Assembly (NCBI GenBank): GCA_002269645.1
Contig: NIVC01000286.1
Location: 186,001 to 250,000 of the forward strand
Length of the DNA: 64,000 nt
Direction of reading: 5' to 3'
Origin: Macrostomum lignano
Taxonomy: Eukaryota
Position 1 is the stretch's first letter; every line of letters begins with the position of its first letter. Made by a program: the position numbers and the translations under genes. The notes below the pieces were generated by a model. The model was given only the letters and a program-made list of their open reading frames with translations, ran no database searches and was not told the DNA's origin. Below are positions 12,428-24,636 of this stretch, one piece after another.

Positions 12428-13059
12428 TAAGTTTATATATAGGGCCTAATATTTATATATTTATGTCAATATATTTTCTTTCTTTTATAAATGATTTGGA
12501 CTAAGAATGACTCAGCTAGAGAGCTAGTAGGCTTTATCATGCGCTGAACTGAACAGTGAACTACAGAGCCCAGCAAGGGAATGTACAATTCTATCTATAT
12601 ATTAAGCTTCTCTTCAATGGAGTACAAATGATTTCTGTGGAAATATAGGCCTAGTTTTTTTTCTAAGGAGTAATATGCTAGGCCTAGGGCCTACATAAAG
12701 TGCACAAGATACCAAGGTATAGGCCTGCATAGGCTTACCTAGTATTTCAAGTTCTAGAGATAGTTCAGATGCAAAAACTGGTCAAAGTATGGTCTAGGCC
12801 CTACTAAAGGCAATGAGTAAAACTCAGAGAGACTAGAGTAGAAACTTAGACTTAGTTCTTTGTAATTAGGCCTATGCTTACTAATTCTATAGTCTTTTCT
12901 ATAATTTTCTCAAAACTAAGTCTAAAGTAGGCCTAATAAAGGGCAATGTCCTTGTTTCCTGCATTATATTATTTTGACCTAATTTTCATATTTTCAGCAT
13001 AAATCATGGCTAGATGACCTCAAGTGCTTGTAAATAGGCTCATCATACCTCCTGCTCCT

Positions 13060-13210
13060 GCCAATTTGTGGCTATCGGGCAACCTCTGTGACATTGAGAT
13101 CAGTCACTACGATCTGGTGCTGTTAACAGTTGATGCTAAGTTGACTATGCATTGGCTCATGACCTATCATCTAATACTAACTCACTCGCGGAAATGCAGC
13201 CACTGTAGGC
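13060..13210 (+). pseudogene. Possible N-terminal fragment of a Merlin-type transposase
   Basis: YDLVLLTVDAKLTMHWLMTYHLILTHSRKCSHC resembles the D..W-L..L-I..CxxC N-terminus of Merlin transposases. No TIR was found. Confidence 0.4.
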
Positions 13211-14849
13211 CTAAGGAAGGGCAAGGCTGACACTTGCTTTTGAAGAATTGTTCTTGTTTGTTTGGTTTCAAATTTTGGGTCAAAATAATTTAACGCGGGA
13301 AACTAGAACATTGCCTATTGAAGTTTTGCAAGTAAAACTATGACTAGGCCTTTTACTAATAGTATTAAACTCGCTAGGCCTAAGCCACTAGTCTAGTAGT
13401 AGGCCTAGCCACCTGGGCGGCTAGACGCTAGGAAATTCGACAGAAAAATAAACTCCATTAAAATTGCAATTGTTCGAAGACCTGCTGATCAGGGAAGCGA
13501 ATTCTAACAGTTTTCATTTTTACTTCCTGTATAAAAGGTTCTACCTACCTTTTAACCTCACAGTCCTCTACAATTATCTTCCATCAAAACCGAACGAAGT
13601 CCCTGCATGACATGCATCCATCGATGGGACACCGACCGATGTCCTATTTTTGACGTTTTTATATTAAAAAAATTATTGACTATTTGATTTTATAAAGGCT
13701 ATGCTTTATCGAGTTTAATCTGGTATTTAACTACAAGTTTACAAAATACAAAATGCAAGATTTGTTAATCTCAGTTTTTCTGTGAAACTGTTTTTAAAAT
13801 ATACGAGCAGCGACAGTGTCGTGCTTCGACTGGATGGATGGATTGTTCAACTGAATTAGAAAAATTGAACGAACTAACGAACTGAATTCATTCTGTTAAG
13901 GGTTATTCAGACTTCAGTTGTATTGTGTACTTAGGTATTAATATATGTATCGTTTCTTTGATGCAACTCAGTGAATATTAACTACATCCTAATAAATAAT
14001 TGATCTAGATCTAGATCATAAGATACGCCTGATTGAGCAATGTCACAAAGTGAAGTCGAATCAGCTATCGCATTATTTAAGACGACAGTTGACGATTTTG
14101 ATGACTCTGACAACGAGTTACATCTGTAAGTGGTCTCTTACACATGAGAATGTGGATAAAAGCTTTATAAGCGAGTTTCTTTTTCTTTTTTATGCTTTTA
14201 CTAGGGCAGGGCTTAGTTATTGAACTTATTGATAAAACTGAATTCAGAACCAAATTAGAAATAGGGCCTATTTAATAAATAATAAAGTTTTAAAAGTCAG
14301 ACAGCTGGGTGCAGGTCATTTTTGTGATAAGTCGTTTTGGCCATAGTCCAGATGGTATCCAGTCCAGTCAATCTGGCGACAAGACGATCCAGCGACAGAC
14401 AATCTGGCAACAGTCAATATGGCAACAGACAATCCGGCGACAGATAGGCCCTATTAAATCAACGTATATCAGCATATATATGGATTAGTTGAGCTATTAT
14501 TTTTAGCTCTTTATTATTACCTATTAATACTTAAATAATTAAATAACAATTATATAAACTATAAGCTATTGAAACCCGTGGATTTTGAACCCGGGGAGTT
14601 CTGATTCTAGGAAATATTTGTGCATGTGCTCTGAGATCTGAGGCCATACTCAAACAAAAACTTGTTAATGGTTAGTAGGATAGAGTAAACATAAAATGGA
14701 GTACATTCATGTAAAATTAGAATTTGAGACAAACATTTGATATTGTTGGCTGGGGTATGTGCTGCGCAGAATGTCGGGCAATGTCTGTTTGACTCTAAAA
14801 CATGTATTGGCAAACTCTGGCCTCTGCCTCTGACTCTCGCTACGTACCT

Positions 14850-15640
14850 TGGATTGATTGCAACTTGTATCTTCTCTTTGTTTCCTCTCTTCTCTCTCGT
14901 CCCTCGTCTCTCCTTTCTTCTTTCTTCTCTCCTCTCTCCCCCTTTTCTCTCGTCTCTTCCTTCTCTCTACTCTTTCCTCTCTCTCTTTCTTCTCATCTCT
15001 TTTCTTGTTTTATCTCTCCCCTCATCTCTCGTCTATTCCCTCACCTCTCTTCTCTCTCGTCTCTCTGCACTCTCCTCTCACCTCTTTAATCTCTCATCTT
15101 TACTCTCTCATCTCTCCTTTCATCTGTCTCATCTCTACAATCTCATCTTTTTCCTCTCTCCTCCTCTTCCCTTTACTCTATCAAGAGATTTTTCAAGAGA
15201 TTTCTATCAAGAGATCTTTCAAGAGAATGAGTCCTTTCTCCTCTCTTCTTTCTCAACTCTCTCTCTCTCTCTTATCTTTTATCTCTTATCTCCTCTTCTT
15301 ACTCCTCTCTCCCCCTCTTTCCCCCTCTTATCTCCTCTCTTCTCTATCCTTTCAAATCTCTCCTCTCGATCCTCTCTCATCTACCTCTCTATTCTCTCAT
15401 CTCTTCTCACTCTTCTCTACTCTCCTCTCTGATCGATCCTGTCTCATCTCTCCCCTCTTCTCTCTCCATCTTCTCACCTCTACTATTTCCTCTCCCTTCT
15501 CTCTCCCCTTCTCTCGCTTCTTCGTCCCATATTCTCTGCTCTCTCCTCAACCCCCTCGTCTCTCCTGTTATCTTCTATTTTTTTCTTATCCCCATCTCAC
15601 CCCTCCTCCCTCTCTAATAGTCTATTCCTTTTTCCTTTTC
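14850..15640. repeat. CT-rich low-complexity region
   Basis: Pyrimidine-only tracts; the Leu/Ser/Phe-rich ORFs are artefacts. Confidence 0.9.
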
Positions 15641-16719
15641 ACTCTCATCTGGCCCACAGCCCTGAGCTGGATTCTTCATCTGGCCTTTGAGATAAAAATC
15701 TGCCGATCCCTGCTTCGAAAGTACTATCATGGGATGTAGTACTATCATGGTTATTATCATTTCTCATGCTTTAATCACGTAAACTTTCTGGCCAATTAGT
15801 AGCCCTAAGAGGAATTTGTGTATCTCCATTCTCCAGCTCCACCACAGTCTGCAGCAGTCTATCAACCAAGGAAATATGCATTTCTTAGCAGGCCATTTAA
15901 ATTTTAAAGTACCTTATGCGAATCTTAATGTTAAAATTTTCATTGTGTAACTAATTTAGTAGGATAATAGGATTGCATTGTAATCAGTGATTCATTAATT
16001 TTTCGCTATTTTTATAAACCATCCCACATCGCCTTGATTTGCCATCCTTGTTTAACTGCTGCGACTTGTCTATACAGAGGACAGTGGTTTGAATCTCTTG
16101 CTAAACTCTCTCCTCTCCACGCCTCTCCACTCACGGGGGTACAGAGAAGGCTATTAAAAAGTTATTCCAAAACACTGTACATTTGCTATGTACATTGAGC
16201 CCTATCGCCTGATCCTTTGTCTGGGGGAATGAGTTGGATGAGCGGCAAACAACAGAAAAAGCAGACAGACTTCACATGCCTACAGTTTCTGTTCTGATTG
16301 AGATACAGAGTTGAGACTTTACATTTAGACAAAGAATGAGTCAAAGAAGAATTGTGTTAAGTTTCAAGTTAATGGCTTCACGTGGAGCAAACTTATGGCA
16401 GCCAAAAGTTAGTCAATTTTGAAACCCCTTTTACACATCTGGGCCCAGATCAGGATCAGGAAAGAAAGGCAGGCGGGTGGAGGTTGGGGGGGTTGGGGTG
16501 GCTGCCTCGCTGAAAAAACAGCCTAACTTTAAAAGTGCACAGCACCATTCAGGATTAACTTTAAGAATCAAAATTTTACACGATTATGTCAAAATAGTTC
16601 AAGATTGTCTGTGTCAAATTTGAAGAGGATCGGGAGAAGTGGAGCGGCGCTATAGAGAATTTAGTGAAAAAAATTGCGCATTTTGAGCAGTTTTTTGCAC
16701 TTTTAGATGGGAAGACTCA

Positions 16720-16877
16720 AATTTAGGAAATTTTAAGGTAGCCTATGACACTTTCCGTAGGGAATTTAGGGTGGGTGCAAAATTTGGTGTGAATTGATAG
16801 AGTGGTTTGGGAGTCCATAGCGAAGTAATTTGTACACACATACACACACACAGAGTTTTGATTTTTATAGGTAGAGA
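16720..16877 (-). mobile_element. Possible non-autonomous Helitron-like 5' end
   Basis: Minus strand reads A|TCTCTACCTATAAAAATCAAAA followed by a (TG)n tract, like non-autonomous Helitron 5' termini. The 3' hairpin/CTRR was not found. Confidence 0.35.
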
Positions 16878-17803
16878 TAATTGTTGCAGTTATATTTTTA
16901 GAGCTGTACATAGCTGTTGATTTTTAATATGTTATTTTCAAAGACGATCAATCAATTTAATCTGCTTGGAAAACAAGTTTCTATGACTATGATCAATATT
17001 GTTGTATATATTGTATTTGCGACAATATTTGAGAGTCAAAGAACCAAAAAAATTGCTATTTGCACAGCAACTTGTGCGTGTTATTTTTAACACATACACG
17101 TAACCTGCATTTAACATAACAAATACTGCATGGATAATATTAGTATATATAATAATACTATAATAATAATAGTGTTAATAAAAAAATAATAAAAAGCTAC
17201 AAATAATATCAACTTATATTTATGACATACCTATGTACATGTTAGGATTAGGATCAAATAAAGTGACTATACATAGTCACATAGAATATGCTACATGCAA
17301 CACTATCATTATGAAACAAGGAATAACAAAAATACAATTTTAATCATGCCCTAAAACTTTTAACAAAAAGAAAGTATTTGAAGTACTTTTAATTATTCTC
17401 TTTTCTCAGTGCACATTGCAAAAGTGCATAGTTAAGTTTGTTACTTTGCATAAATAATAGAATAAATTCAAGACTGAAAAATTCAATGATAAGTCCAACT
17501 GGATGTTACTCGTAGTCCTAATATAAAAATGTCCTATACTTTTTCCCTCACCAGACCCAGTGAACACTACTACATAGTCTAAACCATGGTCATTTAGCAT
17601 CTGGAGAGGGTATAGGGGAGAAGAAGAGATTTTTTCTTTAGAATTTCAAGGGAAGGGTAATTTTTTCTTTATAATTTTTAGTGGGGAGGTGGGCCTCCCC
17701 CATCCCCTAGCTGCACCACTGCCCTATTGGAATAAAAAGTTGAAAACCTGCAGACGTGCACTTTTGAGTAGAGTCAAATTATTTTATCGCGCTTTAGCAT
17801 TAT

Positions 17804-18137
17804 TAGAGATGTTCCATTGCAATTGACAAAATCATCCATTTCAATCTGTCGAAATTGAAATTTGATAACTTTCCGAAATTGAAATTGAACTTGAAATTTT
17901 CCAAAATCAAAATTCAGAAAAACAAAGTTTAATATGACTAACACTTACTTTTTTACATTTTGATTTACTGCTTATGCAAAACAAAATACATGTATATGTA
18001 GCAGAAATTTCTCGCTGTTTATTTTTAGCCACTTAGACACTTTCAAAATTTTGACTTCCAATTTTTTTTAAATCAAAATTTGCTCTTAAAAATTTCAAAT
18101 TTTGGAAAATTGAAATTGAAATTTCGGAACATCGCTA
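17804..18137. mobile_element. MITE with 12-bp TIR (TAGAGATGTTCC / GGAACATCGCTA)
   Basis: TIR 11/12 with internal GAAATTGAAATT subterminal repeats. Flanks AGCATTAT and GGTATTAT (6/8) suggest a decayed 8-bp TSD (hAT-like). Confidence 0.55.
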
Positions 18138-18469
18138 GGTATTATAAATGACAAGTTTATAGGCTCTTTCTACAGAGGTATTAGGCCCCCTTCCTTGTAT
18201 ATTTATTTGCTTGAGCAGCAGCCAGCGTTGAAGGGCACTGCGCTTTAGAAAAATTTCAAAAGTGCGCCGGACGCCATCTGCAGTTTTACAACTTTTTCCT
18301 ATAGGGCACCACTGTAAGCAAGAAAATAATAGAAATAAAAAATACTTTTTAATAATAGCAAAAAATCATTGGCCATTGCTTACAACAAAACAGATAATAA
18401 CTGCACATTTTAATCTATGCAATATATATTTTGTATTTATTGCTATAACTCTTATCCACAATCAAATAG

Positions 18470-20626
18470 GCTTGTGTCAACTCAACCATTGACTTCAACA
18501 GAAGGGATAATTAAAAAGCGTACATTGGCTGGTCTACTTGCTAGACTTAAAACTTTTTCAGTAAGTATCTGATATAATTTGAATTATCTAATCTTTGATG
18601 TTACTAACAGAACCATTCAAACTTTTTTAGAGTTTATCCTGGTCAGTTAAACCAATTGAACTGTCCCCATTGGTCTGTGCCCAATATGGCTGGATTGGCA
18701 AAAAGCCAAATTTATTGGTTTGTGTCACTTGCAAAAACAACCTATGCATTAAGCTGCCAAGTGACTCAAAATTATGTAAGCACTTTAAGCTATGATTTAT
18801 CTTCTTTTAATGTGTATTCTAGTCTTGTCAATTTTTTATTCCTTTTAGACAATCACTGTTTAAAAGAAGCAATTGAGAAGCTTTCTTCTAACCATGATAA
18901 CCTGTGTCCATGGAAGTTGTTTCCTGCTATTGGTAAGCAATTGGCTTATATACTACTAACTGTAGTAATAGTTACAGTAAAGGATCATTAAGTTGCACTT
19001 GCTCTTACTAATGAACTAAGTTTCCACTTTCGAATTGCAGATGCAGAGCCAGTACTAAAATTCACCAACCCAGCTCAGGATTTTGAAATTTTAAACAGCA
19101 TCGCTGACTCGCTGTCCTGCCTTGCAAATGAAATTGATGATAGTTTGCAATTTAGCATTGGGGTGCGTGCCAAACCACCGTTTTTTTCTACTGGGTTTTT
19201 ATGCGTCAAAATCCAGCTTCCAATGCCAATCTCAGCTGACGTCAGTCAAACAGTTTAAAGTCTAAGTATAATACTAAAATCCTATTCTTTACACTGTTAA
19301 GCCTCTCTGACTCCATGTCTACAGATTTACACAAGCTTGGCAATTAAATTGACAAATTTGAAATCCCAAGAATCACAACGTATTCCTATTTTTTGACGCT
19401 GCAAAGGAAATATGACATTTGCGAAAATTTGGAAGTTATTAACTCCTGAGGGGGGAGAGAGGGGAGAAAGGAGAGAGGGAAGTGTTGTGTTTTTAGTTAA
19501 TTGATTTAATTCAATCAGTTGGAGACACTTGGGTCTCGCTCAATATATTTATAGTCAAAGCATGCACGATGTACATTACTCAATCGTTAGCTAGCATTGG
19601 CACGTTAAACTGATCACTGATTGTGCAATAACTTATTAATAGATGTCAAAGCAAACTATTCAATGAGTCATCATGCAACTAAATCACGTTGCACTGTCAC
19701 AACAGGAAGAAAGGGAAGAGGAGATGAGAGAGGGAAGAGTAGAGGAGGGGGGGGAGAAAAAAGAGGAGAGAGAAGAGAGTAGAGGAGAGGAGAGAGGCAA
19801 GAAAGGAGAGAGAAGAGAGGAGATGAGAGAGGGAAGAGATTAGAGGAGAGAGGAAAGAAAGGAGAGAAGAGAGGGAAGAGAGAACTAGTCCATGAGTGAT
19901 AGCAGACTGACTTCACCCGCCTTTTAGGTTGATGCTGACACTGCAGAGGACTTCCTGAATTGCATAGCTGGTGCTGCCGCCACCTCCAGCGAAGTTGGCA
20001 GCGATGAACAACTGCAAATTCGCAGACGTCAGCGCTGCTTTCAACTGGCCATCACTGGCTGGTCCAGACCCAGTCCGGATTCCGATGAACTATTGAAACA
20101 CTTCAAATCTAGCCAGTGTCCCAGCATTCTGTCCTGCCAGTTTTGCCTTCGACGCCTCGGCGTGTGGAATCTTGTCAGGCTGGCCAATCGTCAGGAGCGT
20201 CAGCAACACGGAGAAGAGTCCACTGAATCAGAAGTGAATCTCAGCACTGGCAATCTGTTTAATACTGATTCTAATAGCCACATTGGCGACCAATTAGAAG
20301 GTGGCGTTGAACAGTCACGTGATGATGCTGACAATGACGCAGTTGTTAGCCAGTCGTCCGAACAGCCAGCCAGTAAGCGAGCCCGACTGAGCGAAGCGCC
20401 CGCCACCGCTGCTGCTAAGCTGGAGCTGCTCAGCCTGCACTGGCTCTGGTGTCCTTGGAGCTCCGGCCAAGTCACCAAAGCTTGGTGCGACAGCGTCCTG
20501 CTGGCCAGTCCCAAGCGGCGGCGCCGAAAACCTGCGATACCGACGACTACTGACCAGCAGCAGATATCGACTGTTGCCGCCGATGGTTGCGCCAAAGTTA
20601 TGCAACTTTTGCGAAGCATTGTTTAG
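18470..20626 (+). CDS. ZC3HC1: ZC3HC1/NIPA-like (zf-C3HC + Rsm1) protein; exons ~18470-18560, 18631-18775, 18849-18932, 19041-19162, possibly 19217-19240, 19928-20626; 5' end not located
   Basis: The spliced reading is RLKTFS|SLSWSVKPIELSPLVCAQYGW...LLVCVTCKNNLC...HDNLCPW, then LAITGW...LSCQFCLRRLGVW...HWLWCPW. This matches the NIPA/Rsm1 motif order, and the splice phases are consistent. Confidence 0.8.
19720..19885. repeat. GA-rich low-complexity tract in NIPA-like intron
   Basis: Direct reading. Confidence 0.85.
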
Positions 20627-20744
20627 CTCTGTGTATGTGTGTGTGTTTTCGTATTGATGGACTGGGTCTGCTGTTTTTAATTCTAGCAACTGATCGTGCG
20701 GTTCTAATTGGTCTTTATTTTAACACCATCAGTATGATCCCAAT

Positions 20745-21978
20745 TAAAATCCCCAGTTAGATCCCTAGTTAGATCCTAGTCTGATCCCTAATTAGATCTC
20801 CAGTCTGATCCCTAGTTGGATCCCCAGTCTGATTCCTAGTTAGATCCTCAGTCTGATTCCTATTTGGATCCCCAGTCTGATTCCTAGTTAGATCCTCAGT
20901 CTGATTCCTATTTGGATCCCCAGTCTGATTCCTAGTTGGATCCCCAGTCTGATTCCTAGTTGGATCCCCAGTCTGATCCCTATTTAGATCCCCAGTCTGA
21001 TCCCTTGTTAGATCCACAGTCTGATCCCATGTTAGATCCTCAGTCTGATCCCTAGTTAGATCCCCAGTCTGATCCCTATTTAGATCCCCAGTCTGATCCC
21101 TTGTTAGATCCCTATTTAGATCCCCAGTCTGATCCCTTGTTAGATCCCCAGTCTGATCCCTTGTTAGATCCCTATTTAGATCCCTAGTCTGATCCCTATA
21201 TAGATCCTTATTTAGATCCCCAGTCTGATCCCTATTTAGATCCCCAGTCTGATCCCTAGTTGGATCCCCAGTCTGATCCCTAGTTAGATCCACAGTCTGA
21301 TCCCATGTTAGATCCACAGTCTGATCCCTAGTTAGATCCCCAGTCTGATCCCTATTTAGATCCACAGTCTGATCCCATGTTAGATCCTCAGTCTGATTCC
21401 TAGTTGGATCCCCAGTCTGATTCCTAGTTGGATCCCCAGTCTGATCCCTAGTTGGATCCCCAGTCTGATTCCTAGTTGGATCCCCAGTCTGATTCCTAGT
21501 TGGATCCCCAGTCTGATTCCTAGTTAGATCCCCAGTCTGATCCCTATTTAGATCCCCAGTCTGATCCCTAGTTAGATCCCCAGTCTGATCCCTATTTAGA
21601 TCCCCAGTCTGATCCCTATTTAGATCCCCAGTCTGATTCCTAGTTAGATCCCCAGTCTGATTCCTAGTTAGATCCCCAGTCTGATCCCTATTTAGATCCC
21701 CAGTCTGATCCCTAGTTGGATCCCCAGTCTGATTCCTAGTTAGATCCTCAGTCTGATTCCTAGTTGGATCCCCAGTCTGATTCCTAGTTGGATCCCCAGT
21801 CTGATCCCTAGTTAGATCCACAGTCTGATCCCTAGTTAGATCCCTAGTCTGATCCCTAGTTAGATCCCCAGTCTGATCCCATGTTAGATCCTCAGTCTGA
21901 TCCCTAGTTAGATCCCCAGTCTGATCCCTATTTAGATCCCCAGTCTGATCCCTTGTTAGATCCCCAGTCTGATCCCTA
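20745..21978. repeat. 24-bp minisatellite GATCCCCAGTCTGATCCCTAGTTA
   Basis: 8-aa periodic ORF (DLTRDQTG) on the minus strand. Confidence 0.95.
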
Positions 21979-22564
21979 AGTTGATGTATAGTTGAGTTCT
22001 TAGAATTTATTTAAGTATCTTATCAAGTTATAGTCTATCAATCGCATGCAGTAGCATAAACATACAGTACATGCGCTTCTCTAGCCATGTAAGTAGTGAG
22101 TCCAGCATTTTTACCCTGTTTAAACTCTAATTTACTTTTTCCATCTCATAATTAACGTTTCCATATTCGAATCCCGTCGCCATATGCGCTCGTGTGTGTA
22201 AAATCATCATCGAGTCCGTGCCTATTTCTTGTTTTATCCGTGCGAGTCCTGTTGAGTAATCGGCAGCACCTCAGAAAGAAATATAATTCCATTTCGTGCT
22301 GCTTCATTCATTTAGAAGGGCCGCCTTTTTCTGGGCATTCAGTACAAAATTTAATGAGCCATATGGATGTTTGTCGAATCTTTTTTATCCCGCGTAGCGC
22401 GGATGCAATGTTACAGTTCATTAAATCCCCTGCGATGCAACAGTTATGCGCCCTCTCAGCCACGAAATTCTATCAAAAATTGAGTTTTTTGCATTGCAAA
22501 TTAATTAGGATTTGTAGGATTTGTCTCTGTCTTGTACCTGCCGGCAGCACACCAGCTTCCCCAC

Positions 22565-23725
22565 TCGGCAACCCTCTCACTCTCAGCACAACAGCCACAC
22601 CACTCGGCAACGCTCTCACACCCTCAGCACAACAGCCACCCACTCCGCAACGCTCTCACACCCTCAGCACAACAGCCACCCACTCCGCAACGCTCCCACA
22701 CCCTCAGCACAACAGCCACCCCACTCCGCAACGCTCCCACACCCTCAGCACAACAGCCACCCCACTCCGCAACGCTCCCACACCCTCAGCACAACAGCCA
22801 CCCCACTCCGCAACGCTCCCACACCCTCAGCACAACAGCCACCCCACTCCGCAACGCTCCCACACCCTCAGCACAACAGCCACCCCACTCCGCAACGCTC
22901 CCACACCCTCAGCACAACAGCCACCCCACTCCGCAACGCTCCCACACCCTCAGCACAACAGCCACCCCACTCCGCAACGCTCTCACACCCTCAGCACAAC
23001 AGCCACCCACTCCGCAACGCTCCCACACCCTCAGCACAACAGCCACCCCACTCCGCAACGCTCCCACACCCTCAGCACAACAGCCACCCCACTCCGCAAC
23101 GCTCCCACACCCTCAGCACAACAGCCACCCCACTCCGCAACGCTCCCACACCCTCAGCACAACAGCCACCCCACTCCGCAACGCTCCCACACCCTCAGCA
23201 CAACAGCCACCCCACTCCGCAACGCTCCCACACCCTCAGCACAACAGCCACCCCACTCCGCAACGCTCCCACACCCTCAGCACAACAGCCACCCCACTCC
23301 GCAACGCTCTCACACCCTCAGCACAACAGCCACCCACTCCGCAACGCTCCCACACCCTCAGCACAACAGCCACCCCACTCCGCAACGCTCCCACACCCTC
23401 AGCACAACAGCCACCCCACTCCGCAACGCTCCCACACCCTCAGCACAACAGCCACCCCACTCCGCAACGCTCTCACACCCTCAGCACAACAGCCACCCAC
23501 TCCGCAACGCTCCCACACCCTCAGCACAACAGCCACCCCACTCCGCAACGCTCCCACACCCTCAGCACAACAGCCACCCCACTCCGCAACGCTCCCACAC
23601 CCTCAGCACAACAGCCACCCCACTCCGCAACGCTCCCACACCCTCAGCACAACAGCCACCCCACTCCGCAACGCTCCCACACCCTCAGCACAACAGCCAC
23701 CCCACTCCGCAACGCTCCCACACCC
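22565..23725. repeat. 40/41-bp minisatellite CACAACAGCCACCCCACTCCGCAACGCTCCCACACCCTCAG
   Basis: Near-perfect tandem units; all three plus frames are open and cycle through the same peptides. Confidence 0.95.
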
Positions 23726-24233
23726 GAAGCACACGTTAGCAGAGTGGCGAGCGACGGAGCGTTAATGATGGTGTCGAAGAACTTGCTTAGTTCGTTCCAC
23801 CTTCTGTAGTGTCACCAACCAGGTATCGTAGCCATGGTGGGGTGATTTTTTTCGATAATCTAGCCACCGCAGTCATCGTAGCCACCTATACGCTCGCACA
23901 TGTAACAGTGCATGTATACTCTGCACTTCATAAGTATATTTACATGTATGCTGACGTACAGAATTTCATGGGTACATGGACAACTCAAATAAAAAAACGC
24001 AGCATTCGAGAGAGTAGATATTTCTAGACTGTCTGACAAAATCTCATCAGGGCTATGCGTTCTCTACGATAGCGTTGAAAGTATGACTTGGTACATGTAA
24101 ATGTTTTCTTGTCAAGTTATCTGATGAACAATCTGGAGAATTATAAAGCGTATAATAGTATAACAACATTTGCCAAGGGCTTTAAATGTACATGTACCGG
24201 TAATTTACATGTACATGTACAACAATAATAATT

Positions 24234-24490
24234 AATAATTGATTACACCTGCCCCAACGGGCAAATGTGCAACCATGAACAGCTTAGCCACACAGCTATT
24301 GTGTGCCGCATCTGAAGGCTGCATTCAGCTGTTCAGTCCAAGGACTGGGGGGTCACACCACACGGCACTCTTTAAATATCCCCTAGCTGCAGCTAATGCT
24401 GGCACTCATTTTACAATTGCTGGGTGAACTGATCGAAGCAACGCAGATTTAAGCGTCTTGCTTTAGAGGATACAAATTGTTCCTCGACCT
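24234..24490 (-). mobile_element. CORE-type SINE family A, copy 2 (lacks tRNA head)
   Basis: AATTGATTACACCTGCCCCAA...CTAATGCTGGCACTCATTTTAC...GGGTGAACTG matches copy 1. Confidence 0.75.
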
Positions 24491-24636
24491 TTAAGTCGTG
24501 GGGGGGCTGCACCCCCAGCTCCTGGGCTGCAAAATTACATGTGTACAACACAACATGATTTTTAGTAGTAAGTACATTTAATATTGTTTAAAACAAGCAT
24601 GTCTATAAATCTCAATTGATCAGTGCTGAGGTGAAA

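Noticed and set aside
17406-17600. 64-aa minus-strand ORF with an acceptor-like start
   Set aside because: No recognisable homology and no partner exons could be linked.
18690-18720. Suspected frameshift in the NIPA-like zf-C3HC exon
   Set aside because: Rechecking the A-run against the ORF track gives GGC AAA AAG CCA AAT, so the frame is intact.
20769-23809. 350-515 aa repetitive ORFs (DLTRDQTG; HPQHNSH)
   Set aside because: Minisatellite translations; all frames are open because the unit lacks stops.
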